A stretch of 64,000 bases of DNA from Bacteroidota bacterium (GTDB taxonomy: Bacteria; Bacteroidota; Bacteroidia; NS11-12g; UBA955), in contig JAURNR010000054.1 of NCBI GenBank assembly GCA_030830065.1, positions 1,962 to 65,961 of the forward strand, in the 5' to 3' direction. Both the position numbers and the translations under genes were made by a program. Positions 1 through 10,111 of this stretch are shown in pieces. Positions within the stretch are counted from its first letter, which is position 1; each line of letters opens with the position of its first letter. Under the pieces are notes generated by a model that made no database searches, had not been told where the DNA came from, and saw nothing but the letters and a program-made list of their open reading frames with translations.

Positions 1-378
1 AGCTGTTTTTTGATCTTGGCCAGCCATTAATTCACCTATTAATGCTCCTAAGAATGGACCTACTATAATTCCAATCGGTGGGAAGAATAATCCTATAATT
101 AATCCAATTGTACTTCCCCAAGTGCCCGCTTTCGTGCCACCACTGTATTTGGTACCCCACATGGGTAATAAATAATCAATAACCGTAACTACAATCGTTA
201 AGAGTGTTAATATCAAGAACCATGAAGTATTAATATCAGCAAATCCTTCACTGGTAAGGTACATCAGTGGAAGAGCAATCCAAGCAATAGGAGGACCAGG
301 TAAGACAGGAATAAAACATCCAACAAAACCAACCACAATAATAGCTAGGCCCAGAAGTGTAATAATCCAATCAATCAT
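1..378 (-). CDS. Small integral membrane protein, DUF456-like (start at 378, 3' end runs off the window)
   Basis: Own reverse translation from the ATG at 376-378: MIDWIITLLGLAIIVVGFVGCFIPVLPGPP...GPFLGALIGELMAGQD. Several hydrophobic helices and Gly-rich loops resemble DUF456. Absent from the ORF track because no stop codon falls in the window. Confidence 0.5.
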   Translation of the reverse strand, partial: MIDWIITLLGLAIIVVGFVGCFIPVLPGPPIAWIALPLMYLTSEGFADINTSWFLILTLLTIVVTVIDYLLPMWGTKYSGGTKAGTWGSTIGLIIGLFFPPIGIIVGPFLGALIGELMAGQDQKTA

Positions 379-402
379 AATTACAAGTTATAAAAAAATG
401 TA

Positions 403-2838
403 TTACCAGCTATTATTGGTTCTATTATAAAATTGAAAATTTATTTTCCAATAAGTACGCGGTGCATCAAAAAGGTTCGAATAACCCACGCAATAATACA
501 TACCTATTTTCATGCGTTCACTCCAAATTTTAAACAGCTTATCTATCCCTGCATAGGCTTCATAAAAAAACATATTTCGTCTTTCAGGAGCATACAATAA
601 GTTTAATCCAACGGATTCATAAAATTTAAGGTATTTCATGAATGGAACCTTATTTACGAGAGCACCATTAAAATGATGTCTATAATGTAAATCATAATAT
701 CTTCCGAACGTAGTAAATGTAGAATCTAAGGTTTGGAAGGCAAACATCGGTGGAGTGAAAATTCCATCATCACCGCGTCTCTGATACTTATAGTCTATTA
801 AACTAACATTCTTCCTACTAATAAAACTACCCGAGGTTGAACGTAATTCACTGGTTCCGAATAAACCCCATGGGAATTGATGTTGAATTTGAAACTCTAA
901 ATAGTCAAAATCAATAGTACTTCCCAAAACACCAGGAAGAGCTTTGCGGTATTCGACAGAAAAAGTGGGCCAAGCTGAACCTAAAATAATCTTTTGTTTT
1001 GGTTCAGAAATATACTTCTGAAAAGGCGTGTAACTCAATCGAATACTTCCAAAAACAGCCTTGTGTGGTGTAAATGCTACTGCAGTGTTATTCTCAAAAA
1101 GGCTATCACCGGATTCCGCAAACCGGAATGATGCAATATCTTGCCTATCGCTTAATTCACCTCTAATTCTAAGAAATAAACCATTGGTTAATTCTTGTCT
1201 ATGATAAACTGTTAAGTGATTGTGTTGATAGAAATTATCCCTTCTAAATAAATCTACATATGCAGCAAAAGGGTTAATTAAACCGAAATCTCTGCCAGCT
1301 TGAATATAAATTCTTTTTCTATGGTATGGATCGTACAAAGTATTTAAAATAACACTTCCGCGTATATCATTATTTAGTATGCCATAGGATAAATTGGGTA
1401 TGAATTGAATGTTTTGTTTGCTTTCAAAAGTCTTATTTATCCTGCTCCATAACAACATTCTTCCGCCACCTGGCCACCACGGTTGATAGAATAGCCATAA
1501 TGGCTGAAATTGAAAATCGATACCTTTTTTTCTATTCTTTAGCTGTTGACCTTCTAATACAAGTGACGTAAAGGTTAACTTATTAGTTTCTCTCTCTATT
1601 GAGTCTAGATACCAATCTGAATTTTTAATCCTATTTATACTATCGCTCTCATTTATAAAAGTAAGTTCTATTTCCCTAAGAGGGATACTTCTGTTATCTT
1701 GCCAATACACAGAATCTCTTTCATATGCCTCTTGGGTGGTTTTACTGATTTCTAAACCAAAATAGTTTTTTGGGAATACTGGGTTTATTTTAATTTCTTT
1801 AAAATCTACTTGGGTATTGCCTTCAAGTTTATTCCCATTAGAATTTATTTCATAAGTGAAACTTAATGAGTCGAGTAGGAGGTAATTGTCACTATTAATT
1901 TTATAGGATTGCAAAACTTCCATTTTATCGAATTCAGCCATTAAATGTTCAGGCACCTCATATTCAATTCTAGAAATCCAGAAACTACTGTCAACCACAT
2001 GGATTTTACCAGATAATGTTGCATTAGAACTTCGTCTTCCTCGGAAATTGATAACCCATATAGTTTTTCCATTTTCCTTGTAGGTATAGTCAAATTGAAA
2101 TCGGTAGGCCAATAGCGCGGAGTTAGAAAGTGGGGACATGATAGGTAGCGGACATAATGCGGGCATACTCATCAAGTTTTGATAAATGTTGAAATCCCCT
2201 TCGATAGTACTTAAATAAAATAAACTACTTTTTTTCCCGCGTATAGAAACCCCTTCTCGAACTTCCTTAATCTTATTTGGTTTTTCAAAATCCCGAACAA
2301 GGGTTATTTCAGCAAGGTTTGCATTTATTTTGGGCTTTAACTCATCTCCTTGCTCCTGGTCAGTATTATTACGAAAAATATTAGGACGTAACTGTTGAAA
2401 TGCTTTAATGTAAACGGTAGATGTATTATTTGGCATATGCGATTCCCAATAGTCTCGTTTATCTATTGCTTGACGCATAATTTTGGGCCCAGGATCTTTC
2501 CATTTTGTTGAAACCTGAACAGCATCTAGTCTCTGAGGTTTGGGTAAAAGTCTTAGGCTAATAGTATCAAATTTAGCTTCTTTGCTGATATAAGCAATCT
2601 GATAATTCTCAAATTCTGAGTGGTTGAAAATTAAATTGTAATTGCCCGGGCTTAGCTCCAATCTGAAATAACCATCAAGGCTTGTTTCTGTTAACTTTCC
2701 TCTGTTTTTATCAAAAATTTGGACAAATGCTATGGGCGCATCCGAAGTATCTACAACTAATCCTATGAGTGATCCTTGACCATAAAGTAGATGGCTAGAA
2801 AATAGGCAAAGTATAAATATTTTCAGCGACTTCAACAT
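403..2838 (-). CDS. Carboxypeptidase-regulatory-like domain + DUF5686-like large secreted/outer-membrane-associated protein
   Basis: Track ORF 403..2889. I prefer the internal start MLKSLKIFILCLFSSHLLYGQ (signal peptide) at 2838. The N-terminal GSLIGLVVD...GYFRLELSPGNYNLIF region is a CarboxypepD_reg-type beta-sandwich, and the aromatic-rich C-terminus ends ...YNRTNNSW. Confidence 0.6.
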   Translation of the reverse strand: MLKSLKIFILCLFSSHLLYGQGSLIGLVVDTSDAPIAFVQIFDKNRGKLTETSLDGYFRLELSPGNYNLIFNHSEFENYQIAYISKEAKFDTISLRLLPKPQRLDAVQVSTKWKDPGPKIMRQAIDKRDYWESHMPNNTSTVYIKAFQQLRPNIFRNNTDQEQGDELKPKINANLAEITLVRDFEKPNKIKEVREGVSIRGKKSSLFYLSTIEGDFNIYQNLMSMPALCPLPIMSPLSNSALLAYRFQFDYTYKENGKTIWVINFRGRRSSNATLSGKIHVVDSSFWISRIEYEVPEHLMAEFDKMEVLQSYKINSDNYLLLDSLSFTYEINSNGNKLEGNTQVDFKEIKINPVFPKNYFGLEISKTTQEAYERDSVYWQDNRSIPLREIELTFINESDSINRIKNSDWYLDSIERETNKLTFTSLVLEGQQLKNRKKGIDFQFQPLWLFYQPWWPGGGRMLLWSRINKTFESKQNIQFIPNLSYGILNNDIRGSVILNTLYDPYHRKRIYIQAGRDFGLINPFAAYVDLFRRDNFYQHNHLTVYHRQELTNGLFLRIRGELSDRQDIASFRFAESGDSLFENNTAVAFTPHKAVFGSIRLSYTPFQKYISEPKQKIILGSAWPTFSVEYRKALPGVLGSTIDFDYLEFQIQHQFPWGLFGTSELRSTSGSFISRKNVSLIDYKYQRRGDDGIFTPPMFAFQTLDSTFTTFGRYYDLHYRHHFNGALVNKVPFMKYLKFYESVGLNLLYAPERRNMFFYEAYAGIDKLFKIWSERMKIGMYYCVGYSNLFDAPRTYWKINFQFYNRTNNSW

Positions 2839-2867
2839 CTCTACAACGATTTTGATTCTTCCAAGTT

Positions 2868-4478
2868 TCAATTCCAGAATTGGTACCACTTCTTAGGTTT
2901 TGATTTTGGTAAATTGGGAATTGACTTATATCTCGCTTTGGGAATGACTTGTTCAAAAGGTAACTTAAAAAATAGTCGTTTAGGTTTCTTCTCGTAGTCC
3001 CAAATCCATCGGCTTAATTTCATTTCTTCTTCGGGAAATTCTACAATAGGATAAAGCTTTCCTTTATTTTCTTTGTAAAAAACAGCCTTTTTGATTTTGT
3101 TATCGGCAAAACCAAAATACATATCACTACACTTTGTTTTGAAAACTGATTGAAGGGTATCTTTTTCTCTGATATAATAAATGCTCTCCCCATTTCTAAA
3201 TACTCGGCTAGCAGTAATTTTTTGTTGAGAATCTAAATAATAGTGGATAGAATCTCCCTGTATTTGGCTAAAATGGGAAGAGTCTTCCTGAATGATAATT
3301 GTGGCGCTTGGAAACAAAGAACCTTCTTTGAGTTTTTGATTTTTTATTTTCAGCCGTATACTATCTCCACTCATCCTAGTAGCAGAGTCCCACATTACCG
3401 GATTGCCAATCAATCTAAACTGACTATCTAAATCAGAATAATGCATAATATCTGCTGTAGCAGCAGAGTTTTTCTGCATGAGTGAAACATTAGAATAAGC
3501 AGTAATCTCTTGTATGTTGGTGTTTGTGTCTTTCGCGTTTAAGAGCGAATCACAAAGTATAAATAACGAGTCTGACTTGTCGGCATTTACAGCTAAAACG
3601 TTTTCATAAATCCATGTCTCGCCTAATTTGCCTTCATAATTTGCTTTATTACCCCACATTTGCCAAGACTCTGTTGAATCATAAAACCAAACGTGTCCGA
3701 ATGCTTTACCGGCATTTTCATTTTCCGCAATTGCTGAATCAGCCACCATTATTTTTCCGCGACTAGCATAAGCAAAACTGTCACTAAAAAAACCACGCTT
3801 CTCCTCTGTGAAATAATAACCCTTATTGAAAATTATCTGTTCCTCTTCTGTATTTATTTGTGTGTAGGTAAAGAAGGTGGCCTTCTTGATATCTGATTGA
3901 TACTTTAATGTGTCGGTTTGTATGGTATAATCTGGAGTTTGAAGTATTACATCTTTTCTGAAGTATAATTCCTTAATATTGGGATTGTAAATACCATATC
4001 TACTTCTCAAATAAGTATTGCCATCTTTAATATCTGCTCCCTGATTATAGGAACCAATTTTTGACTCGGTTTGATAAATTAATACAGGGGCCTTTATAGT
4101 TAATGAATTGTCTCTGAGTAACACATCCCCCGAAACAATAGCCAAATTTGATTCGCTACTAAAATTTAACCTCTCACCTGTTACAATAGCACCTTGTGGA
4201 TTTATTATTCGAACATTTCCAGTTCCATTAAGAACCTGGTTTACAGGATCATATTCGGCTTGGTTGCAATAAACTTTTGATCCACGTTGTTCAAATTGTA
4301 CATTGCCAGTTAGGAGTTGTCCTTTGTTGCCATTTATAATTATAGACTTCATGCGTTTGGCCTTTAGGTTGATAGCTTGGGCCGATAAATGCGCATTTCC
4401 TCCGAATAAGAAGCCTGCAAAAAGCAGAAAATGTAGTACTTTGTATTTCTTTGTTGGTAGAATCAAACGAATCTGCAA
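2868..4478 (-). CDS. OstA/LptA-like domain protein (periplasmic, signal peptide)
   Basis: N-terminal signal KKYKVLHFLLFAGFLFGGNAHLSAQ, then repeated OstA-like beta-jellyroll segments (GNVQFEQRGSKVYCNQAEYDP..., GDVLLRDNSLTIKAPVLIY). The start codon is TTG at 4476-4478. Confidence 0.6.
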   Translation of the reverse strand: MQIRLILPTKKYKVLHFLLFAGFLFGGNAHLSAQAINLKAKRMKSIIINGNKGQLLTGNVQFEQRGSKVYCNQAEYDPVNQVLNGTGNVRIINPQGAIVTGERLNFSSESNLAIVSGDVLLRDNSLTIKAPVLIYQTESKIGSYNQGADIKDGNTYLRSRYGIYNPNIKELYFRKDVILQTPDYTIQTDTLKYQSDIKKATFFTYTQINTEEEQIIFNKGYYFTEEKRGFFSDSFAYASRGKIMVADSAIAENENAGKAFGHVWFYDSTESWQMWGNKANYEGKLGETWIYENVLAVNADKSDSLFILCDSLLNAKDTNTNIQEITAYSNVSLMQKNSAATADIMHYSDLDSQFRLIGNPVMWDSATRMSGDSIRLKIKNQKLKEGSLFPSATIIIQEDSSHFSQIQGDSIHYYLDSQQKITASRVFRNGESIYYIREKDTLQSVFKTKCSDMYFGFADNKIKKAVFYKENKGKLYPIVEFPEEEMKLSRWIWDYEKKPKRLFFKLPFEQVIPKARYKSIPNLPKSKPKKWYQFWN

Positions 4479-4482
4479 TTTA

Positions 4483-5721
4483 ATGCGAAGTTACTTAGAA
4501 GAATCGGACAATCGTCAAGGCTGGTGCTTAAACCGACAATCGGTGGTAGTTGGAATTAGTGGCGGTAGAGATTCTATGGCTTTATTACACTTACTAAACT
4601 CCTATGCAGAAAGAGTAATAGCCGTTCATGTTAATTATGGTTTAAGAGGTAAAGATTCAATGGAGGATGAGGAGTATTGTATTGAATTTTGTAAAACTAT
4701 AAACGTTGAATTAGTTGTTCATCGAGATTTTAGCATTAGTCAGTCAAACAAAAATGTTCAGTCTGCAGCTCGCGATATTCGATATGAAATTTTTGAGACG
4801 GTCCGTATGGAAAAAGGTGCAAAATGGATTGCAACTGCACACCACGCACAGGATAACTTAGAACACTTTTTTTTATACTTATTAAGAGACAATTTCCAAG
4901 GAGCGTTTGAGGGAATTCCAATCGAAAATGAGTCGATTATTAGACCCATACTCTATACTCCCTCTGAAATAATAGAATCTTATATTTCTGAAAATCTAAT
5001 TGAATTTCGAACCGATAAATCCAATTTCAAGTTAGATTACTTACGCAATAAAATTCGCCATTGGATTATTCCTAGTTTAAAAGAAGAATTGCCTTCAATA
5101 GATTTAGAATTTTGTGATATTTCAACTCTAACAATGGAGTCGAAAAATAACCTATTAAAAGAGTTTAATAATGATTTCGACACTAAAAAATTAGATAGGT
5201 ATTTTTTGGAATTTAGTTTCAATAAAATTCAGAAATATCGACCCATCATTAATCAGTTATTATTCAAAATTGGGTTTTCAAGAGATAACATTGAAAAGGC
5301 GCTCTCCTTCAATTCTAAAACGGGTTCGTTATGGATGACAGACCAATTTAAAATTGTAAAAAGTCAGCAAAATACAATTCTTATTTATCGGAACTTCGAA
5401 CCGCATGTTAAAACTCTAAAATTGGATGAAATTTCATCAGAATTATTGGGTTTCAATATAGAATTTTCGGCAAAAATAGATTCAAATTGGATTTTGAGAA
5501 AAGTAGATTTAGGTGATCGGTTTAAATTTTACGGGTCGAGATTTCAAAAGAAGATAAGTGATATTTTTACTGATAAAAAGGTAAATCATTTTTACCGCGA
5601 AAGAAGTTGGATTCTAAATAATGGAAAAAATGATTTAGCATTAATTTTTCCCGAAGGTGTTTGGCTTTCAGCCTGGGCAGATAGAAATCTTGATGCTGAA
5701 ATTCAATTACTCACCTGTTAA
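4483..5721 (+). CDS. tilS: tRNA(Ile)-lysidine synthetase
   Basis: PP-loop motif SGGRDSMALLHLL plus a TilS-type C-terminal domain. The track ORF starts at 4303, but that extension overlaps the upstream gene on the opposite strand, so I use ATG 4483 (MRSYLEES...). Confidence 0.85.
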   Translation: MRSYLEESDNRQGWCLNRQSVVVGISGGRDSMALLHLLNSYAERVIAVHVNYGLRGKDSMEDEEYCIEFCKTINVELVVHRDFSISQSNKNVQSAARDIRYEIFETVRMEKGAKWIATAHHAQDNLEHFFLYLLRDNFQGAFEGIPIENESIIRPILYTPSEIIESYISENLIEFRTDKSNFKLDYLRNKIRHWIIPSLKEELPSIDLEFCDISTLTMESKNNLLKEFNNDFDTKKLDRYFLEFSFNKIQKYRPIINQLLFKIGFSRDNIEKALSFNSKTGSLWMTDQFKIVKSQQNTILIYRNFEPHVKTLKLDEISSELLGFNIEFSAKIDSNWILRKVDLGDRFKFYGSRFQKKISDIFTDKKVNHFYRERSWILNNGKNDLALIFPEGVWLSAWADRNLDAEIQLLTC

Positions 5722-5745
5722 TTTAAAGGAGTATTGATTATTTAT

Positions 5746-5753
5746 TACATTTG
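5746..5753 (+). promoter_or_regulatory. Bacteroidota -7 promoter box TACATTTG, 6 nt upstream of ATG 5760
   Basis: Exact match to the TAnnTTTG consensus known for Bacteroidetes sigma-A promoters. It lies in the 38-nt gap after the tilS stop. Confidence 0.45.
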
Positions 5754-5759
5754 TTTAAT

Positions 5760-6752
5760 ATGAAAGCGGTAATTCCAGTAGCAGGTATCGGTAGCCGTTT
5801 GAAGCCCCATACTCAAACACAACCTAAATCGCTAATTCCTATTGCGGGAAAGCCAATTTTAGGTCATATTATGGATAATCTTGTCGCTTCTGGTGTTCGA
5901 GATTTTGTTTTTGTTATTGGATATTTGGGGGATAGAATTGAGCAATACTTGACCGAGAAATATGGTCAATATCAATTAGAATTTGTAATTCAAACTGTTG
6001 GAAAGGGAATTGGCCATGCAATTTGGTTAGCTCGAGATTTTTTTGATGTAGGAGAACCTTTATTCATTGTTTTAGGCGATACTGTATTTGAAGCAAACCT
6101 TGAGGATTTGTATAATAAAGGTAATAGTAGTTTAGGGGTTAAAAAAGTTGAGGATCCCCGATTATTTGGGGTGGCGGAACTTGATGAGGATGGAAAAATT
6201 TCTAAATTAGTGGAAAAGCCCAAAATTCCTCATTCCAACCTAGCACTTGTGGGCTTGTATTTTATCAAAGAGACCCAACTATTGATTAATTGTTTAGATA
6301 ACTTAATTCAAAATGGGAATAAAAATGAAAAAGAGTTTCATTTGACTGACGCATTGCAATGTATGATCAATGAAGGCGTTAGCATGGAAACCTTTGTAGT
6401 TGATTCTTGGTTTGATTGTGGAAGAAAAGATATAATATTACAAACGAATAAAAATTTGCTTACTCATATTGATAAGCAAAATCATAAGCGTTGGACAGAG
6501 AAGGGGAATATAATAGTTCCTCCGGTTTATATTTCTGAAACAGCACAGATTGAAAATAGTGTAATTGGACCTGATGTTAGTATCGGAGATGATGCTTTAA
6601 TAAAACGATCAATAATAAAAAACTCTATAATAGGAATGGGCGCTCAATTAACAAGTGTAATAATTGAGAATTCTTTAATAGGGAGTGATGCACATTTACA
6701 AGGTGCCGTGCAGCATTTAAATATTGGAGACAGTGCAGAAATTAAGTTATAA
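5760..6752 (+). CDS. Sugar-phosphate nucleotidyltransferase with C-terminal left-handed beta-helix
   Basis: N-terminal MKAVIPVAGIGSRLKPHTQTQPKSLIPIAGKPIL is the G-x-G-t-R-l NTP-transferase signature. C-terminal hexapeptide-like repeats are present (VIGPDVSIGDDALIKRSIIKNSIIGMGAQL...). Confidence 0.75.
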   Translation: MKAVIPVAGIGSRLKPHTQTQPKSLIPIAGKPILGHIMDNLVASGVRDFVFVIGYLGDRIEQYLTEKYGQYQLEFVIQTVGKGIGHAIWLARDFFDVGEPLFIVLGDTVFEANLEDLYNKGNSSLGVKKVEDPRLFGVAELDEDGKISKLVEKPKIPHSNLALVGLYFIKETQLLINCLDNLIQNGNKNEKEFHLTDALQCMINEGVSMETFVVDSWFDCGRKDIILQTNKNLLTHIDKQNHKRWTEKGNIIVPPVYISETAQIENSVIGPDVSIGDDALIKRSIIKNSIIGMGAQLTSVIIENSLIGSDAHLQGAVQHLNIGDSAEIKL

Positions 6753-6755
6753 AAG

Positions 6756-9203
6756 TTGAATTTTACCCTTGATTATATATCTGAATTAAGCAATTGCAAT
6801 TTTCATAAAGGAACTGATTTTAAAAGCGATGGTTCCATAAAGCAAATTGCTTTTGATACTAGAAAAATCACGTCGGAAAAGGCTTTGTTTATTTGCCTTA
6901 AAACCGAAAAGGGAAATGGACATGATCATGTTTCTAAGGCATATGATTTAGGTGTAAGGATTTTTTTAATCTCAGAAGAGATAAAAATAAATCAAACTGA
7001 TATTTGCGTTTTTCATTGTGACAATACACTGTCTACAATACAGAAAATGGCAGCAAATCATAGGGAGAAATTTCATTTACCTGTAATTGGAATTACGGGA
7101 AGCAATGGGAAAACTGTGGTTAAGGAATGGTTGCATCATTTATTAGCGGATGATTTTAATATTATTAGGAGTCCAAGAAGTTATAATAGCCAATTGGGTG
7201 TTGCTCTGTCTATTCTAAACATCCAGAAGAAGCATCAACTGGCAATTATCGAGGCGGGAATTTCCCAAAAAGGAGATATGCAAAAGTTGGAGCGAATTAT
7301 TAAACCTAATCTCACTGTAATAACTCATATAGGTAGTGCTCATGATTTGGGATTTGCTAATAGTGAGGAAAAGATAGGAGAGAAACTATATTTATCTAAA
7401 GAGGCGGATGTTCTAGTTGCTGAAAAAAATAGTTTACTATTCAATAATGAGGTTGCTTTAATTAAGCAGAATCAGCCATTGCAGAAATGGGTGAGTTGGA
7501 GCAAAGATCCAAATGTTAAATCTTCATTTACTCTTTTAGAAACAAATAAAATTCAAGATGGTACCCAATTAAAAGTAGGATATAGATCTTCGGAAATCAA
7601 TTTTGAAATTTCATTTCAAGATACTGCTTCAATACAAAATGCAATGACATGTTTGTGTGTGCTTTTTGCTATGGAGCGTTTAGATGAAATCACTCTAGAA
7701 AAGTTTAAAACATTACCCACTATTGGAAACCGGCTCATTCTAGAAAATGGTAGTAATGGTAATTTGTTACTAAATGACACATATTCTCATGATATAGAAA
7801 GTCTGAAAATTGCTTTTGAGGTTTTGAATCAAAAAAGTGAGTTAGATATATATCCGATTATTTCCGAATTTGACCAAGTTGATGATGCTTGGGCAGGAAA
7901 TGAACTAAAGGAAATACTTAAAAAGTATAAAGTTGCATCGGGTATTTGGATTGGAAAAATACCCAAAACAGTAAACTTAGGTTCAGATTGGCAATGTTTT
8001 AATGATCCTGAAGAATGTCTGCTTTCAGATAAATTTAATACCATTTTTAATAAAGCAATACTTATAAAAGGATCTAGAAAATATAAGATGGAACGAATTG
8101 TGGAAAGATTAAAATTACAACAGCATCAGACCTACATGGAAATAAACCTTGACGCGTTGCGACATAATTTCCAATTTTTTAGAAATCACATTGATTCCGA
8201 TACCAAACTTATGGTGATGATTAAAGCTTTTGGTTATGGTAGTGGAGGAAGTCAGATAGCAAGAGAGTTAGAAATATTAGGAGTTGATTATTTAGGGGTT
8301 GCCTATGCAGATGAAGGTGTTGTAGCGCGTAAAGCAGGGGTTAAAAAACCCATTATGGTCATGAATACTGATGCTTATACACTGCAGCATTTAACAGAAT
8401 ATTCGCTCGAGCCAGTGGTATACAACAGCCGAAGTTTAAATGAATTTATTTCCTGGAATGAACCCGTAAATATTCATCTAGAGATAGAATCTGGAATGCA
8501 TAGGTTAGGTTTCGAGGAAGTTGAATTGTTGGAGGCATTACGATCATTACCAAAGCACATAAAAGTAATTTCAATGTTTACTCATCTTTCGGTTGCCGAG
8601 GATGTTGACAAAGATGATTTTACTTATGAACAAGGAAATAGGTTGTTTAACTTGGCCCAAAAAATTGAAGAAACACTTGGTTATTCAGTAATAAAGCATA
8701 TTGCAAATAGTGCAGGAATATTAAGGTTTACTAATTTACATGCAGACATGGTTCGATTAGGATTGGGCTTATATGGAATAAATCCGAATGGAGTTGACGA
8801 CAAACGGCTAATTCCAATCTCTAGTTTATTTTCTAAAATTACTCAAATCCATTGGGTTGAGGCTGGAGAAGGTATAGGGTATGGTTTAAATGATGCTTCA
8901 ACTCAAAGACGAAAAATTGCCACTATTGCAATTGGCTATGCAGATGGTTTATTTAGAAACCTTGGAAAACAAAATGGTGGAGTCTTGATTAATGGGAATT
9001 ATGCCAAATTTGTTGGAAATATTTGCATGGATATGTCTATGATTGATGTTACTGATATCGATTGTAAAGAAGGAGATTTAGTTGAGGTATTTGGTCAAAA
9101 TGCTTCAATAAATAAAATGGCCCAGCAAGCTGGGACCATTTCTTATGAAGTGTTAACTCGTATTTCGCAAAGGGTACCCAGAATTTATTCTGGGGAGATG
9201 TAA
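6756..9203 (+). CDS. Bifunctional Mur-ligase (MurF-like) / alanine racemase fusion
   Basis: 815 aa. The N-terminal half has the Mur ligase P-loop GITGSNGKTVVKEW and a MurF-like FDTRKI...LFICL...GHDHV region. The C-terminal half is Alr-like (MVMIKAFGYGSG with the PLP lysine context, ...ICMDMSMIDVT...). TTG start at 6756, 3 nt after the upstream stop. Confidence 0.85.
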   Translation: MNFTLDYISELSNCNFHKGTDFKSDGSIKQIAFDTRKITSEKALFICLKTEKGNGHDHVSKAYDLGVRIFLISEEIKINQTDICVFHCDNTLSTIQKMAANHREKFHLPVIGITGSNGKTVVKEWLHHLLADDFNIIRSPRSYNSQLGVALSILNIQKKHQLAIIEAGISQKGDMQKLERIIKPNLTVITHIGSAHDLGFANSEEKIGEKLYLSKEADVLVAEKNSLLFNNEVALIKQNQPLQKWVSWSKDPNVKSSFTLLETNKIQDGTQLKVGYRSSEINFEISFQDTASIQNAMTCLCVLFAMERLDEITLEKFKTLPTIGNRLILENGSNGNLLLNDTYSHDIESLKIAFEVLNQKSELDIYPIISEFDQVDDAWAGNELKEILKKYKVASGIWIGKIPKTVNLGSDWQCFNDPEECLLSDKFNTIFNKAILIKGSRKYKMERIVERLKLQQHQTYMEINLDALRHNFQFFRNHIDSDTKLMVMIKAFGYGSGGSQIARELEILGVDYLGVAYADEGVVARKAGVKKPIMVMNTDAYTLQHLTEYSLEPVVYNSRSLNEFISWNEPVNIHLEIESGMHRLGFEEVELLEALRSLPKHIKVISMFTHLSVAEDVDKDDFTYEQGNRLFNLAQKIEETLGYSVIKHIANSAGILRFTNLHADMVRLGLGLYGINPNGVDDKRLIPISSLFSKITQIHWVEAGEGIGYGLNDASTQRRKIATIAIGYADGLFRNLGKQNGGVLINGNYAKFVGNICMDMSMIDVTDIDCKEGDLVEVFGQNASINKMAQQAGTISYEVLTRISQRVPRIYSGEM

Positions 9204-10004
9204 TTATTTTTTTATCAAACTATTGAATGGGTTTCTAAGATTTTGATATTCCATTAAATCTACTTTCAACGAACCCACGTGAATGTCTGTTTGAATCCTT
9301 ACAGGGATATGATTTTTATCGTTAGTCACCCAAACAGTCATGGCATCTTCATCTTTGAAAACACGATCTACAACTAATTGAGGCTTTAATTTTATGCACT
9401 TGATTTTACCTACGTCAGTTTTAAGAGTTTCTTCACCAGCATACGTTACACTTAGGTTGTGTATCTTATTATCAAGATAAATATCTAATGGAAATTTGTC
9501 TCCTACTTTCTTGTTGTTATAGTCCCAATTTCTTAGATAATAAATTGCAGCAGCAATATCCATTGTTTTGTCGGTAATATCAATTTTTCCTTCTTTATTC
9601 TTTAGCCATTTATCCTTGTAGTTATAAATTGCTACATCCTGGTTAAAGTAATCATCTTCCCTAACTGTTTTGGCATATCTCAAAGGGGTAAAACTCTTGG
9701 CATCAACCCAGCTTTCAAATTTGTCACGAACATTAAATAACCAACTAAAACTTTTTACAGTGGAGCCTTCGATTTTTAGATTGTAAGCCTCTTGGTTATT
9801 GATTTTTATGGGTTTAGATACGCTCATCTTAACTACCGCAGCATTCACAAATCCATAATGTATTCTGTACTTTAATAACTCATCCGATTTAAAAGCATTA
9901 TTTTCTGCTTTCATTCCAAATTCTTGAAATTCAGTTGGGCTGTTAAATGCTAACCAACTTATACTTCCTATTAGAATTGCAAGGTTGAATAATATCTTTT
10001 TCAT
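9204..10004 (-). CDS. DUF3108-like secreted protein
   Basis: Signal peptide MKKILFNLAILIGSISWLAF (start moved to the ATG at 10004). The ELLKYRIHYGFVNAAVVKMSV... pattern resembles DUF3108. Confidence 0.5.
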   Translation of the reverse strand: MKKILFNLAILIGSISWLAFNSPTEFQEFGMKAENNAFKSDELLKYRIHYGFVNAAVVKMSVSKPIKINNQEAYNLKIEGSTVKSFSWLFNVRDKFESWVDAKSFTPLRYAKTVREDDYFNQDVAIYNYKDKWLKNKEGKIDITDKTMDIAAAIYYLRNWDYNNKKVGDKFPLDIYLDNKIHNLSVTYAGEETLKTDVGKIKCIKLKPQLVVDRVFKDEDAMTVWVTNDKNHIPVRIQTDIHVGSLKVDLMEYQNLRNPFNSLIKK

Positions 10005-10094
10005 TTTGTTTAAGATTTGGTTGTTTGTATTAATAGACACCAAATTTGTGGACTATCCCCTAAAATAACGCAGAATAAAGATAAAATCAATTCC

Positions 10095-10102
10095 TACATT
10101 TG
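10095..10102 (+). promoter_or_regulatory. -7 promoter box TACATTTG, 9 nt upstream of selD ATG
   Basis: Exact TAnnTTTG match in the selD/DUF3108 divergent intergenic region. Confidence 0.45.
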
Positions 10103-10111
10103 CTATAAAGT

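Noticed and set aside
4303-4482. Long N-terminal extensions of track ORFs (tilS 4303, hbd 22843, methyltransferase 21142, TPR-like 24683, cox IV 34204, small CPMC ORF 35714, purM 50672, TPK 46797)
   Set aside because: The extensions overlap neighbouring genes or promoter boxes and lack family-typical sequence. Internal starts restore canonical N-termini or signal peptides.
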